Positions 11,965 through 25,002 of a stretch of 64,000 bases of DNA are shown one piece after another. The stretch is taken from positions 251,226,001-251,290,000 of the forward strand of contig NC_086097.1 of assembly GCF_963921235.1 (NCBI RefSeq), written 5' to 3'. Below the pieces are notes generated by a model, which was not told the DNA's origin, did not search any database, and saw nothing but the letters and a program-made list of their open reading frames with translations. Within the stretch, counting starts at the first letter, position 1; each line of letters begins with the position of its first letter. The DNA comes from Mobula hypostoma (taxonomy: Eukaryota). A program made the translations under genes and the position numbers.

Positions 11965-13055
11965 GACAATGCTTTGTGGATCCAGAACTGGCTTGCACCT
12001 AAGAAGGCAAAGAGTGGTTGTACACGAGTCATGTTCTGCATGGAGGTTGGTGACCAGTGGTGTGCCCCAGAGATCTGTTCTAGGACCCCTTCCCTTCGTG
12101 AATTTTATAAATGACCTGGATGAGGAAGTGGAGGGTTGGGTTAATAAATTTGTTGATGACACACAGGTTGGGGTGTTGTGGATAGTGTGGACGGCTGTCA
12201 GAGGTTATAGTGGGACATCGATGGGATGCAAAACTGGGCTGAGAAGTGGCAGATGGAGTTCAACCCAGATATGTGTGAATTGGTTCATTCTGGTAGGTCA
12301 AATATGATAGTGGAATATAGTATTAATGGTCAGACTCTTGGCTGTGTGGAGGATCAGAGGGATCCTGGGGTCTGAGTCCACAGGACACTCAAAGCTGCTG
12401 TATGGTTAAGAAGACATACAGTGTATTGGCCTTCATCAACCATGGGACTGAGTTCAAGAGCCAAGAGGTAAAGTTGCAGCGATACATGACCCCTGGTCAG
12501 ACCCCACTTGGAGTACTGTGCTCAGTTCTGGTCACCTCACTACAGGAAGAACGTGGAAACTATAGAAAAGGTTCAGAGGAGATTTACAAGGATGTTGCCT
12601 GGATTGGCAAGCATGCCTTATGCGAATAGGTTGAGTGAACTTGGCCTTTTCTCCTTGGAGTGACAGAGGATGAGAGATGACCTGATAGAGGTGTATAAGG
12701 TGATGAGAGACATTGCTCGTGTGGATAGTCAGAGGCTTTTTCCCCCAAGGCTGAAATGACTAACACGAGAGGACACAATTTTAAGATGCTTGGAAGTAGG
12801 TACAGAGGAGATATCAGGGGTAAGTTTTTTTTACACAGAGCGTGGTGAGTGTGTGGAAAGGGCTGCTGGCGATGGTGGTGGAGGCGGATACGATAGGGTC
12901 TTTTTAGAGACTCCTGGATAGGTACATGGAGTTTAGAAAATAGAGGGCTATGGGTAACCCTAGGTAATTTCTAAATTAAGCACATGTTCGGCACAGCATT
13001 GTGGGCCAAAGGGCCTGTATTGTGTTGTAGGTTTTTCTATGTTTCCATGTTTCTG
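11965..13055 (+). mobile_element. 5'-truncated, frameshifted CR1 LINE
   Basis: GVPQRSVLGP, FVDD; same subfamily as 7750-9855 and 50787-52576. Confidence 0.88.
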
Positions 13056-13510
13056 ATGACATGAAACCTGTGTGGAAGAAGTTTTAAAGTGGAAAAGCTA
13101 TTGCATGGTGCAGTTCCATAATCTTGACTTCGGAAGTCCAGGTCCAGTGGTATGAGTTGACTCACAAGCGGGGATCTTCCTTGGTTGCAGTGGATAACCA
13201 TGATGCCTTCAGTGCCTTTAACAAGCCCTTCACTCTCCTTGGTGCGTTGCAGAACCGCTTTCCTGGCTGTTGGATCTTACATTTGATCTCATCCACCCAG
13301 TCCACTGGAGCTGACTTCACGTGCGAGGACAGTCCGCGGGCCACCATCACTTAGTTTAGCCCACCCGTTGAAGCAGTGTATCAGGGAGCAACCTCTGTCA
13401 CATGCAAACATCTACTTGGAGCCACAGGTGAGAGCCGAGTGTCCGGTGGGAACCAGAGGTTTTAAGTAACACAAAAAAACACCCTGACAAATTTTCAAAG
13501 CATGTCTTAC

Positions 13511-13733
13511 CATGTTTTACACTCCTTTTAGGAGCTGGTTGCTGTTGCGGTGGTTGCTGCTGCTGAGCTTGTGGTGGCTGTTGTTGTGGCTGCGGTTGCT
13601 GTGATGGAGGAGGAGGAGGTGGAGGTGGAGGAGGAGAGTCTCGGTCATGACTTATCACACGGTCTACAGTCCCATAAATCGCCAAGGTCAGACAGTTGTA
13701 CCAACCTCTCAGAACAATTCCATCTGTATTGAC
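13511..13733 (-). CDS. VIRMA: VIRMA coding exon 5 (VNTDGIVLRGWYNCLTLAIYGTVDRVISHDRDS-polyP-P/Q tract-KRSVKH)
   Basis: 223 nt; GCACAG acceptor, G|GTAAG donor; phase 0 to 1; overlaps ORF 13398..13685. Confidence 0.97.
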
Positions 13734-15951
13734 CTGTGCAAATTAAGGAAGTAATGTTGAAAACAAACTCAAATGAGTAATGACCAAGCAAAATTGCACC
13801 ACACCTCTGATCTAAACTTAATAAAATGACTCAATAAAATGACTTGAGTTGTAGAGAAATTTGGAAAACTATTCTGAAGCTGAACGTTATCATAAAATCA
13901 TTTACAGCATTTTTTTCCCTATAGAAAATTACAAAACATTGTCTAGAAAGTGTGGGTATTTTGTTTTATTTAGAGACACAGCATGGAATAGTTCCTTCTG
14001 ACCCAACAAGCCGCACCACCCAGCAACCCACCTATTTAACCTTAACCTAAGCACAGGACAATTTACAGTGACCAATTAACCTACTAACCAGTACGTCTTT
14101 GGACTGTGGGAGGAAACCAGAGCATCAAGAGAAAACACATGCTCACAGGGAGCACGTACAAACCCTTTACAGACGGCCAGGGTGGACTCCAAACTCCAGA
14201 AGGCTGCAATGGTCCAAGCTGCAGTATCGTCACGCTAACCACGACGTTACCATGCACGTAAAGCTGTTCTGTGCAAATATATTTATGCAGCTTTTGATAC
14301 AGATCTCTAATCTTCATTAATAAGTCATAAGACCTCGGAGCAGATTAGGCCATTTGGTCCATCGAGTCTGCTCCGCATTTGATAACGGTTGATTTATTAT
14401 TCCTCTTAACATCATTCTCCTATCTTCTCCAAGTAACCTTTGATGCCAATACAAATCAAGTACCTACCAACCTCCGCTTTAAATGACCTGACCACCCTCT
14501 GGCTAAAGAAATTCTTCCTCATCTCTGTTCCAAGGGGGCATTCCTGTATTTTGAGGCTGTGCCCTCTGGTCCTAGACTCTCCCACTACAGGAAACAACCT
14601 CTCCATGTCGACTCTATCTAGGCCTTTCAATATGTTTCAATGAGATCACCCTCCACCCCCCATTCTTCTAAACAGCAGCAAGTACAGGTCCAGAACCATC
14701 CAACACACCTCACACATTATCCCTTTCATTCGCAATCATAAGTACTAGTGACACATCACATAGGGTTAACAAGTATGAAATTGATTTAAGTGATCTGTAT
14801 CGCAGCAAAATGTTATGTAATTCACAGAACTTCTTTCACCAATCACAGCGTGTTTTTTCAAACACCACTTGTGATCTTTATCCAGAGGTCACTAGCCTAT
14901 TGATCTGCCTACAGCTTACCGCAACCTCCTGCCACTCACATTCAGATTATTTATCACAAGTACATTGAAACAAGGTGAAATGCATCATTTGCATTAACAA
15001 CCAACGTCCTCAAGGATGTGCAGGGGTCTGACCGTGTCGCCACATATTGTGGCGCAAACACAGCATGCCCACAAGGCATGGAAGAACAATACAAGCAGCA
15101 ACAAAAAGAAACAAGCCCCTTTACCACCCTCCCACCCACCAATTCCCCCCAAACGTGCACACACAAAGATGTAAAAATTGTTGTATGAGTGCTGTTTTTC
15201 TTTCTTCTTTAAAGTCCAATATATTGTCATTCAATCATACACGTGTACCACCAAACACAACGTTTCTCCGGACCAAGAGGCACAACACAGTTCCTATAAC
15301 TCACACATACAACACATAAAACAATATTACCACTAGAAAACTAATAGCTCTGGGTCTGTACTCACTGGAATTTAGTAGAATGAGGGGGAATCTCATTGAA
15401 ACCTTTTGAATATTGAAAAGCCTACATAGTAGATGTGGAAAGGATGTTTCCCATGGTAGGGAAGTCTAGGAGAAGAGGACACAGCCTCAGGATAGAAGGG
15501 TGTCCATTTAAAACAGAGATGTAGGGAATTTATTACCACAGGCAGCTGTAGAGGCCAAGTCATTGGGTGTATTTAAGGCACAGCTTGATAGGTTCTTGAC
15601 TGGATGGTATCAAAGGTTACAGGGAAAAGGCCGGGGAGTGGGGCAGTGAAGGGAAGAAAAAAGGGATCAGTCATGATTAAATGGTGGAGCAGACTCAGAA
15701 TCAGATTTATTATCACCGGCATGTGTCATGAAATATGTTAACTTAGCAGCAGCAGTTCAATGCAATACATAATATAGAAGAAAAAAAAGTAAAAATGGAG
15801 ACTTCCGGTAGAGCTCATGGAGTGAAGTCGTGTTCTTGACTCGCTCCATTACCTCTGAGTTTTTCTTCTTATGATCAGCTATATTTTAATTAACCATTAA
15901 GGTATCGACTTTTACAATATTTTGAAATAAATTGGGCTCTTTGATAATCGG

Positions 15952-16887
15952 ATGCGTTTAAGGTCTGCTATGTCTAAGAATGGAAAAAACGGGAAGGACG
16001 GCAAACCTCCAGTTAGACCGAAAGGTACCGATTTTCCTCCGACTGAACCACCATTGACTTTGAAAGCTATATCGGAGCTAATTCAAAGGGAAATTTCAAC
16101 CTCTGTTATGGAGCTGATTCGTGCGGAAATTTCAACCTCTGTTGCGGAGCTGATTCGTGCGGAAATTTCAACCTCTGTTACGGAGCTGATTCGTGCGGAA
16201 ATTTCAATTAATTTCCAGAAAATTGCCGATTCAATCGATAAGATACAAACATCTATTACGGAACATCAGTCGGCTATATCTGATTTTCAAAAATCCACGC
16301 AACAAAATGAACTTAAGATGGAGAAAATCGAAGAAACAATTAATGTAATGAAGAAGAAACTTGATTTTCTGACCTTTAAAAATTCTGACTTAGAATCCAG
16401 AATGCGACGGCAGAATCTTCGAATGATTGGGGTGCCTGAAGCTGTTGAATCTGATAACCCTATGAAGTATTTTTCTCAACTTTTAAAAGATGCATTTCCT
16501 ACTGTATTTCCTGACCAACCACTGTTATTGGATCGCGTTCACAGAGTTCCATCATACTCGTCTAAGTTAGATAAACCTCGACATGTCATCTTACACTTTC
16601 ATTACTTTCAAGACAAGGAGAAACTGTTTCGTTTCGTTCGATCTAAAGGTTACATTGATTTTTTGGATCTTAAGTTCCAATTCGTGGAGGATTTCAGTAA
16701 AGCAATTCGGGATCAACAGGTTCGTTATAGATCTGTGATGTCGGAACTCTACAAGATGGATTTAAAACCAGCGCTGCTTTACCCTGCATGTCTAAGGATT
16801 CGTACGTTGGATGGAGCCCTCCGTTTTTTTGAATCTCCATCGGATGCCCAGAGTTATCTGGATCAATTTTCACCTTCAACATCTTAA
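15952..16887 (+). CDS. L1 ORF1p (coiled coil, RRM, C-terminal domain), open frame
   Basis: 311 aa; DLESRMRRQNLRMIGVPE, LDRVHRV, EDFS and LLYPACLRI motifs typical of L1 ORF1. Confidence 0.85.
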   Translation: MRLRSAMSKNGKNGKDGKPPVRPKGTDFPPTEPPLTLKAISELIQREISTSVMELIRAEISTSVAELIRAEISTSVTELIRAEISINFQKIADSIDKIQTSITEHQSAISDFQKSTQQNELKMEKIEETINVMKKKLDFLTFKNSDLESRMRRQNLRMIGVPEAVESDNPMKYFSQLLKDAFPTVFPDQPLLLDRVHRVPSYSSKLDKPRHVILHFHYFQDKEKLFRFVRSKGYIDFLDLKFQFVEDFSKAIRDQQVRYRSVMSELYKMDLKPALLYPACLRIRTLDGALRFFESPSDAQSYLDQFSPSTS

Positions 16888-17600
16888 TCGTAATTTTTAA
16901 CTACCTCCGTTTGATCGGAGGTTGTGAATTTGTCAGTCTTAATTTTTTTTTTGCCTTATATGGGCAGAAAAGTTTATTTTTGGATTAATTAATATGGTTG
17001 CCAAACTTTCTTTCTATCTGCGTCATTCCTTTCTTTTTCCCAGGGGATTTTGGGTGGTTATTCCCTCACCGTCATTCTACGTATTTCCTTTGAGGCCTTA
17101 AATTTTGTAGTTTTTAAATCTATTTCTTTTTGTAGGTTTTCATAACTAGTTTATGTTAATAATTTCATTTCTTTTTTTTTGTTTACTCATAGGGTCTGGG
17201 GTTTGTTGCGGTTTTTTTTATATTTTCTGGCTTTTTCTCTGTTATATTAAGTGTTTGTTTTAATTGATTTACCTTTTTTTTATTCTTTTACTGTTTTATA
17301 ACTAGCTGATCTTTTTTATATTTACACTTTTCTTAGGGAGCATATACCGGAAGTCATGGGGCTAGTTTTAGTGCTTGCTTCTTTCTGGCTGGTCTGTGTT
17401 AGATTTAGCCTTGGGGTCATGGGGTGGGGGGTGGTGGGAGGGGCTTCACGTTTTAGTTTCTTTCTTCTTGGGCTATGTACACTATTGAAGTATTGGTTGC
17501 GTTCTCCTTCCCGGTATCTCTTATTTGTTCTGTTCCCTTTCCGGGTTCATGGGTCGAGCCTATCGTCAATCCTCCTTGTTGCGGGTTGACTTTAGGGTTT

Positions 17601-20600
17601 ATGGAGTCTATTATTAATTTTGTCTCCTGGAATACTAATGGTCTTAATCATCCTATTAAAAGGAAAAAAGTTTTTAAAGTGTTCCGGAGACTTAAAGCAC
17701 AAATTTTATTTTTATAAGAGACCCATGTGCGGGGGGGGGACAGACTACGTTTTTTTAAATTCTGGAAGGGACAACAGTTTCATTCGAATTCCAACGCTAA
17801 GATTCGAGGCGTCTCTATTTTTATAGACTCCGCAGTTACTTTTATACAACATGATATTATTTCTGATCCGAATGGTAGATTTCTACTGGTTAGTGGTCTA
17901 CTATTTAATAAAAAGGTAGTTTTGGTTAATGTTTATGCTCCTGATATGGACTGTCCAGAATTTTATAAATCATTATTCAATCAGTTCCCGAATTTGAATG
18001 AGTTTTCATTGATCTGGGGCGGAGATCTTAATACCTGTTTATCTCCAACTTTGGACCGTTCGGCTCCTCTACGGACCTTACCTAATAAATCTGCAACTTT
18101 GATTAATTCATTCCTCTCTGATTCTGGGTCGACGGACATTTGGCGTTTTTTGCATCCTCAGGAAAAAGATTTTTCTTTTTTTTTTACATGTTCACCATTC
18201 CTATTCAAGAATTGATTATTTCTTTATTGACTCTCGTCTTATTTCTTCAGTGATTAAATGTGATTATGACTCTATAACCATTTCCGATCATGCTCCACTT
18301 AAGCTTTCTATTAAAATTCAGGCCAATACACAAAATAATAGACAATGGTGTTTTAATTCGCTGTTGCTTCAGGACTCGGACTTTGTTAACTTTATGAATG
18401 AACAGATTGATCTTTTTTTTACAATCAACTATACAGAGGATATTTCTGTGAACATTCTTTGGGATACTTTTAAAGCTTATATTCGTGGTCAGATTATCTC
18501 GTATTCTGCTGCTTTGAGGAAGAAGCTGAAGCAGGAGGAGTTGGTAATTGTGGACAAGATTAAGGAAATTGATAAGAAATATGTTACAGCTCCCTCTGAG
18601 GAGTTATATAAACAAAGAACTGAACTTCAAATGGAACACAGTTTATTACTTTCGTCCTCGATTGTAAACCAATTAAAGAAAACAAGAAGTGAATTTTATG
18701 TACACAGTGACAAAATTGGCAAACTGCTGGCTAACCAACTGAAGTCTAATTATGCTAAATCTCAAATTAATCAGATTTATAATCAAAATGACCGACTGAT
18801 ACTTGATCATGCGGGGATTAAACAAACCTTCTGTGATTTTTATTCTTCCTTATATCAATCAGAGTCTCCTCGAGACTCTAAATATATGAATGATTTTTTA
18901 GATAACCTAGACTTCCCTGAGATTTCACAGGATATGTCTTCTATGTTAGATACTCCCATTACCACCGATGAGATTAAGAATGTTATTTCCTCTATGAATT
19001 TGGGGAAAGCTCCTGGCCCTGATGGGTTTACCGTAGAATTTTATAAATGTTTTGCACCTTCATTAATCCCTTGGTTCTGTAGGGTTTTCGAGGCTTCAGT
19101 AAAATTTGGTAAACTTCCCGAATCTTTCAATAGAGCGTCAATCTCTCTAATATTAAAGAAAGATAAAGATCCTGCTCAATGTGCATCTTATAGACCAATA
19201 TCTTTATTAAATGTTGATTCTAAAGTTTTTTCTAAATTATTAGCAAACAGATTAGAAAAAGTACTTCCTTTTATTATTTCGGAAGACTAAACGGGTTTTA
19301 TTAAAGGTCGTTACTCTTTTTATAACATTCGCACACTGTTAAATATTGGTTATACCCCCTCACAAAATGTTCCTGAGTGTGTTATCTCTTTAGATGCTGA
19401 GAAAGCTTTTGATAAAGTAGAATGGCCTTACTTATTTAAGGTGCTTGAAATGTTTAATTTTAGCTCGAAATTTATATCCTGGATCAAACTGTTATAATCA
19501 TTCTCCTGTGGCCTCGGTCCTTACTAACTCTCTAAGCTCACCTTTTTTCCCTCTTTTTCGAGGCACTCGACAAAGTTGTCCTCTTAGTCCTTTATTATTT
19601 GATATTGCATTAGAACCTCTTGCAATTGCCATTCGAGAATCTCCAAATATTACTGGGATAACTTGGGGCTTTAAGTTCCATAAAATATCACTCTATGCTG
19701 ATGACTTACTTTTATATATTTCTAATCCTCAAAAATCTATCCCTGCTGTTTTAGAGTTATTAGCACAATTTAGTCTCTTTTCAGGTTATAAATTAAATCT
19801 TAGTAAGAGTGAACTTTTCCCGATTAATAAACAACTTCCCTTATATCATAACTTTCCATTTAAATTGATTAATAATTATTTTTCATATCTTGGGATTAAA
19901 ACTATTTGTAAATACAAAGATTTATTTAAGATTAACTTTTTACCCTTAATTGACCATATTACTCAACTTTCATCTAAATGGTTTCCTTTATATTTAACTT
20001 TGATTGGTCGTATTAATGCAGTTAAGCTGTTTTTTTTGCCAAAATTTCTATATATATTTCAGGCATTACCAATCTTTGTTCCAAAATCTTTTTTTGATAA
20101 AGTTGACTCAAAAATTTCTTCATTTATTTGGCAAAATAAAAACCCGAGACTGGGTAAAATACATTTACAGAAAGCTAAGAGAGATGGAGGTTTAGCATTA
20201 CCCAACTTTAGATTTTATTATTGGGCAATTAATATTCGACATATGAAATTTTGGTTACTTGACCAGGATATACTATCCATTCCTAAATGGGTAGCATTGG
20301 AATTACAATCTGTTCAGGGCTATACACTTGGCTTTATTTTAGGTTCCTCTCTTCCTTTTGATTTGAAACGCCTCAAACAGGTATCTAACCCGATAGTTAA
20401 ATATACCTTACGTATTTGGTTTCAATTCAGAAAATTTTTTGATCTTAACCAATTTGGGCTAGCAATTCCTATTTTAGGTAACATATTTTTTCCTCCCTTT
20501 TACGGATCATGCTTTTCAAATTTGGAAGATTAAGGGTATTTCACGGTTTTTGGATTTATTTTTAGATGGTTCCTTTATGTCTTTTGAACAATTATCTAAT

Positions 20601-21376
20601 AAATATAATTTATCAAGAATACATTTTTTTAGATATCTACAAGTTAGAAATTTCCTAAGTACTATACTTTCTTCTTTTCCAATGCTTCCTCCTACATACA
20701 TTTTAGATACTATAATTAACCTTAATCTATGTCAGAAAGGTGCATCGGCTATGATTTATAATATTATTATGAAACTTAGGAAAGCTCCATTTGATAAGAT
20801 TAGGTCAGATTGGGAACAGGAATTGGGGTCTATCATTTCCGTGGATGACTGGGGGCAGATTTTACAATTAGTCAATACTTCCTCTATTTGTGCTAAACAT
20901 TCCCTAATTCAATTTAAAGTTGTTCATAGAGCACATATGTCCAAAGATAAATTAGTTCGCTTTTATTCTCATATTAATCCTTTTTGTGATAGATGTCCGG
21001 GGCAGATAGCCTCTTTAACTCATATGTTCTGGTCTTGTCCTACTCTGGAAACTTTTTGGAGAGACATTTTTAATATTATCTCCAAGGTATTGAATATAGA
21101 TATCTCTCCTCACCCTATTACTGCTATCTTTGGACTACCTAAAATTTCCAGTAATCTCTCTCCTTCAGCCATAGAATGATTGCATTTCTTACTTTAATGG
21201 TGAAAAGATGTATCTTACAACATTGGAAAGAGCTTAATGCTCCAACTACCTTTTTTTGGTTTTCTCAGACGATATTATGCTTGAATTTGGAGAAAATTCG
21301 AAGCAACCTTTATGATTCCTCACTTAAATTTGAACAGACCTGGAGATCTTTTATTCAATATTTTCATTTAATGTAA
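17601..21376 (+). pseudogene. L1 ORF2 (endonuclease and reverse transcriptase), disrupted
   Basis: SWNTNGL, GGDLN, SDHAP, KAPGPDG, YRPISLLN, YADD, CDRC..HMFWSC; stops at ~17717 and ~19290 plus several frameshifts. Confidence 0.93.
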
Positions 21377-21957
21377 TTTTTTTTCTCCTCTTTTTTTGCT
21401 CCATATTTATTTTTTTTCATATTGTTTTTTTTTACTGTTTTTAATGGAGGTCGGGATTGAGGACGTGATTTTAAGTTTTTTAACTCTGCTTGGTTCCAAG
21501 TTAGCCCATTGCTTTGCTTTGCTTTTTAGTTAGTTGCACGGTGGGTTTTTTTTTGGGTTTTTTTTTCCTTTTCTCTATTGGCATATATATATAAAATTAG
21601 TATACTATTATGTTACCTCAGTATGTTATGTTTAAATTACATTGTTTGTATCTTTTTTTTGTATTAATATCTCCTGTAATTTTATTATATTCTAACAATG
21701 TATTAGTGCCTTTATGGCTTACCTTTTTGTATACTTATTCAATAAAAAGATTTAAAAAGAAAGAAAAAGTAAAAATAAACAGATCAATTACAGTATGATT
21801 ACAATAGATCAAAAATCGTGAAAAACCAGAAATAATATATATTAAAAAGTAAGGTAGTGTTCATGGGTTCAATGTCCATTTAGAAATCAGATGGTAGAGG
21901 GGAAGAAGCTGTTCCTGAATCACTGAGTGTGTGCCTTCAGGCTTATGTACCTCCTTC

Positions 21958-24900
21958 AAGATTTTTCAGGATGGCGGTGTCCGGCGGCCGTGTTGCGAGC
22001 TCCGCTCCAAATGTACAGTATAGTACTAATTTCAACGATTTTCATAGCATTTTCTGTTCAAGTAGCTGAACCAGATACAATAGACTGACCCTTCTGAATA
22101 TCGGAAAGACGGCATTTACCCACTACGTGCTGCCTTTCCTACACTGGGAACCCCTTTTTGCGCGATGCGTGGGAGACATATCTTTTACATTGCCACTACA
22201 CCGGAGGCAAGGGAGAAGAGCTAGTGTCCTGGTGAGGCTGTGACGGTGTGCATATCGGCCGCCGCTCCTCAACATACTCCTGGCCAATGGTCAGTTCCTG
22301 AACAACAAGCTTTCTGAACTGAGAGCCAGAATCTCCTATCAGCAGGAAACAAAGGAATGCAATGTTTTGTGTTTTGTGGAGACCTGGCTGATGGAGGAGA
22401 TACCAGATCATGCCATCGAGCCCTCTAGGTTCTCCTTGTTCTAGGAGGGCAGGTTGAAAAACCTCTCTGGGAAGAGTAAAGAAGGAGGGGTATGCTTCAT
22501 GGTCAACAATGCTTGGTGGAACCCCCACAATATGCATGTACTCAAATCCTTTTGTTCCCCTGATCTGGAGTACTTGGGGCTGCTGTGCAGACCCCACCGG
22601 CTGCTTAGGGAGTTCATGGCTGTTATTATCACAGCGGTGTACATTCCACCGCAGGCTGATACTGACCTGGTTCTCAAGGAACTGTACGAGACCATCAACA
22701 CACTGGAGACTGCACACCCAGAGGCTGCTTTCATCGTCACCAGTGACTTTAATCGAGCATCGCTGACTAAAGTCTCTCTGAAGTTTTATCAGCACATTCA
22801 GGTGAGCACTCGTGGAGATAAGATACTTGACCACTGTTACACTTTCTTCCGCAACAATTACAAAGCTTCCCTTCGCCCAGCTTTTGGAAAATCAGATCAC
22901 TCTTCAGTCCTGCTTTTGCCGAAACAAGGCAGAAGCTGAAACAAGAGGCAGCCACAGTTAAAACTGTCCACTGTTGGTCCGACCAATCGGACTCCATGCT
23001 GCAGGACTGCTTCGATGACATCGACTGGAATGTCTTCCATGATGAGGATGTCTCAGAGTTCACTGATGGAATCACATGCTTCATCCGGAAATGCATCGAC
23101 AATGTTGTCCCCCAGAAGTCGGTCAGGTCTTCCCAAACCAGAAACTCTGGATCACTAGTTCAGTGCAAGCAGCACTTACTGCGCGACATAAAGCTTACAT
23201 TGCTGACAATCAACTAGGGCTCAAGAAAACCAGCAACGATCTGTGCAAAGCTATCAAGGCTGCGAAACAACAATACAGGGACAAGACTGAGTCAAGATTC
23301 ACAACAAATAGCACACGTGATTTGTGGCGAGGGTTGCATACCATCACAGACTTCAAAGCCAAACATTGTGGTGCGTAAACAATGGGGTCTCTCTCCCAGA
23401 TGAGTTCAATTGCCTTTATGCTTGGTTCGATGTTGCTAACTCTGAGCCTCCAAGGAAAGCCACCGCTACAACCTGCAACTTATCATCTCTGAGGCTGAGG
23501 TACACAAACATTTCCAATGTGTGGACAGTCCCAAGGCTGCGGGACCAAATAGCATCCCAGGGTGAGTACTCAGGATGTGCGCAGCACAACTGGCAAGCGT
23601 GTTTACTGACATTTTTAATCTCTCCCTCTCCCTGTGTAGAGTGCCCTCCTGCTTCAAATTATCCACCATTGTCCCTGTACCAAAAAAGACCAAGGTAACA
23701 TGCCTGAAAGACTGGTGTCCTGTTGCACTCACCTCAATAATAAGCAAATGCTTTGAGAAGCTGGTGAAGGACTACATCTGCAGCTTGCTACCACCCAAAC
23801 TGGACCCCCTATAATTCGCCTACCGACATAACCGATCGACAGACGACGCAATTGCCTCTGCTCTATATACTGTCCTTACACATCTGGAGAAGAAGGATGC
23901 TTATGTGAGAATGCTGTTCTTGTACTATAGTTCAGCATTCAACACCATAGTTCCATCCAGGCTCGACAAGAAGCACAGAGACCTCGGCCTTGACCCTGCC
24001 TTGGGCAGCTGGATCTTGGACTTCCTGTCAGATCACTGGCAGGAGCTAAGAGTGGGTTTCCTCACCTCCATCCCTCTGACTCTCAATACAGGAGCCCCTC
24101 AGGGCTGCGTACTGAGTCCCCTCCTTTACTTCCTGTATACCCATGACTATGTCACCACCCACAGCTCTAATCTAATTAAATTTGCCGATGACACTACATT
24201 GATTGGCCTTATCCCAAACAATAACGGGTGGCTTACAGGGAAGAAGTTATCTCTCTGACACAGTGGTGCAAAGAAAACAACCTCTCCCTCAATATTGCAA
24301 AAACAAAGCAGCTGGTTGTGGATTACAGGAGGAATGGAGACCGGGCTAACCCCTATTGACATCAATGGATCTGGGGTTGAGAGGGTAAACGGCTTTAAGT
24401 TCTTTGGCATCCACATCACCAAGGACCTCACGTGGTCTGTACACACCGGCTGTGTGGTGAACAAGGCACAACAGCGCCTCTTTCACCTCAGACATTTGAG
24501 GAAGTTTGGTATGGGTCCCCAAATCCTAAGAACTTTCTAAAGGGGCACAATTGAGAGCATCCTGATTGGCTGCATCACTGCCTGGTATGGGAACTGTACC
24601 TCCCTTAATTGTAGGACTCTGTAGAGTGGTGCAGACAGCCCAGCGCATCTGTAGTTGTGAACTTCCCATAATTCAGGACATTTACAAGGACAGGAGTGTA
24701 AGAAGGGCCCGAAGGATCATTGGGGTCCTGAGTCACCCCAACCAAAACCTATTCCAGCTGCTACCATCCAGGAAACGGTACCGTAACATAAAAGCCAATA
24801 GGCTCCAGGACAGCTTCTTCCACCAGGCTATCAGACTGATTAACTCATGCAGATTTGAGTGATGTTACATTGACTGTTCTATTTATTATAAATTAGTATA

Positions 24901-25002
24901 AATTATTATGATTGCACATTATATATTTAGACAGACATAACTTAAAAGATTTTTACTCCTCATGTATGTGAAGGATGTAAGAAATAAAGTCAATTCAATT
25001 CA
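21958..25002 (+). mobile_element. Near full-length Rex1/Babar-type LINE, degenerate
   Basis: APE (GGGVCF, AVYIPP, SDH) and RT (PVALTS, GAPQGCVLSPLL, FADDTT) fragments; AGGATGGCG head; AATAAA plus (CAATT)n tail. Confidence 0.88.

Larger units (their letters stand above)
15797..21763 (+). mobile_element. Full-length L1-clade LINE (~6.0 kb), ORF2 inactivated
   Basis: ORF1, ~710-bp T-rich spacer, ORF2 (APE-RT-CCHC), AATAAA and A-rich tail; 13-bp TSD AAAAAGTAAAAAT at 15784-15796 and 21764-21776. Confidence 0.95.

Noticed and set aside
13550..13732. Alternative-frame Val/Ala/Glu ORF
   Set aside because: Antisense shadow of the P/Q tract in exon 5
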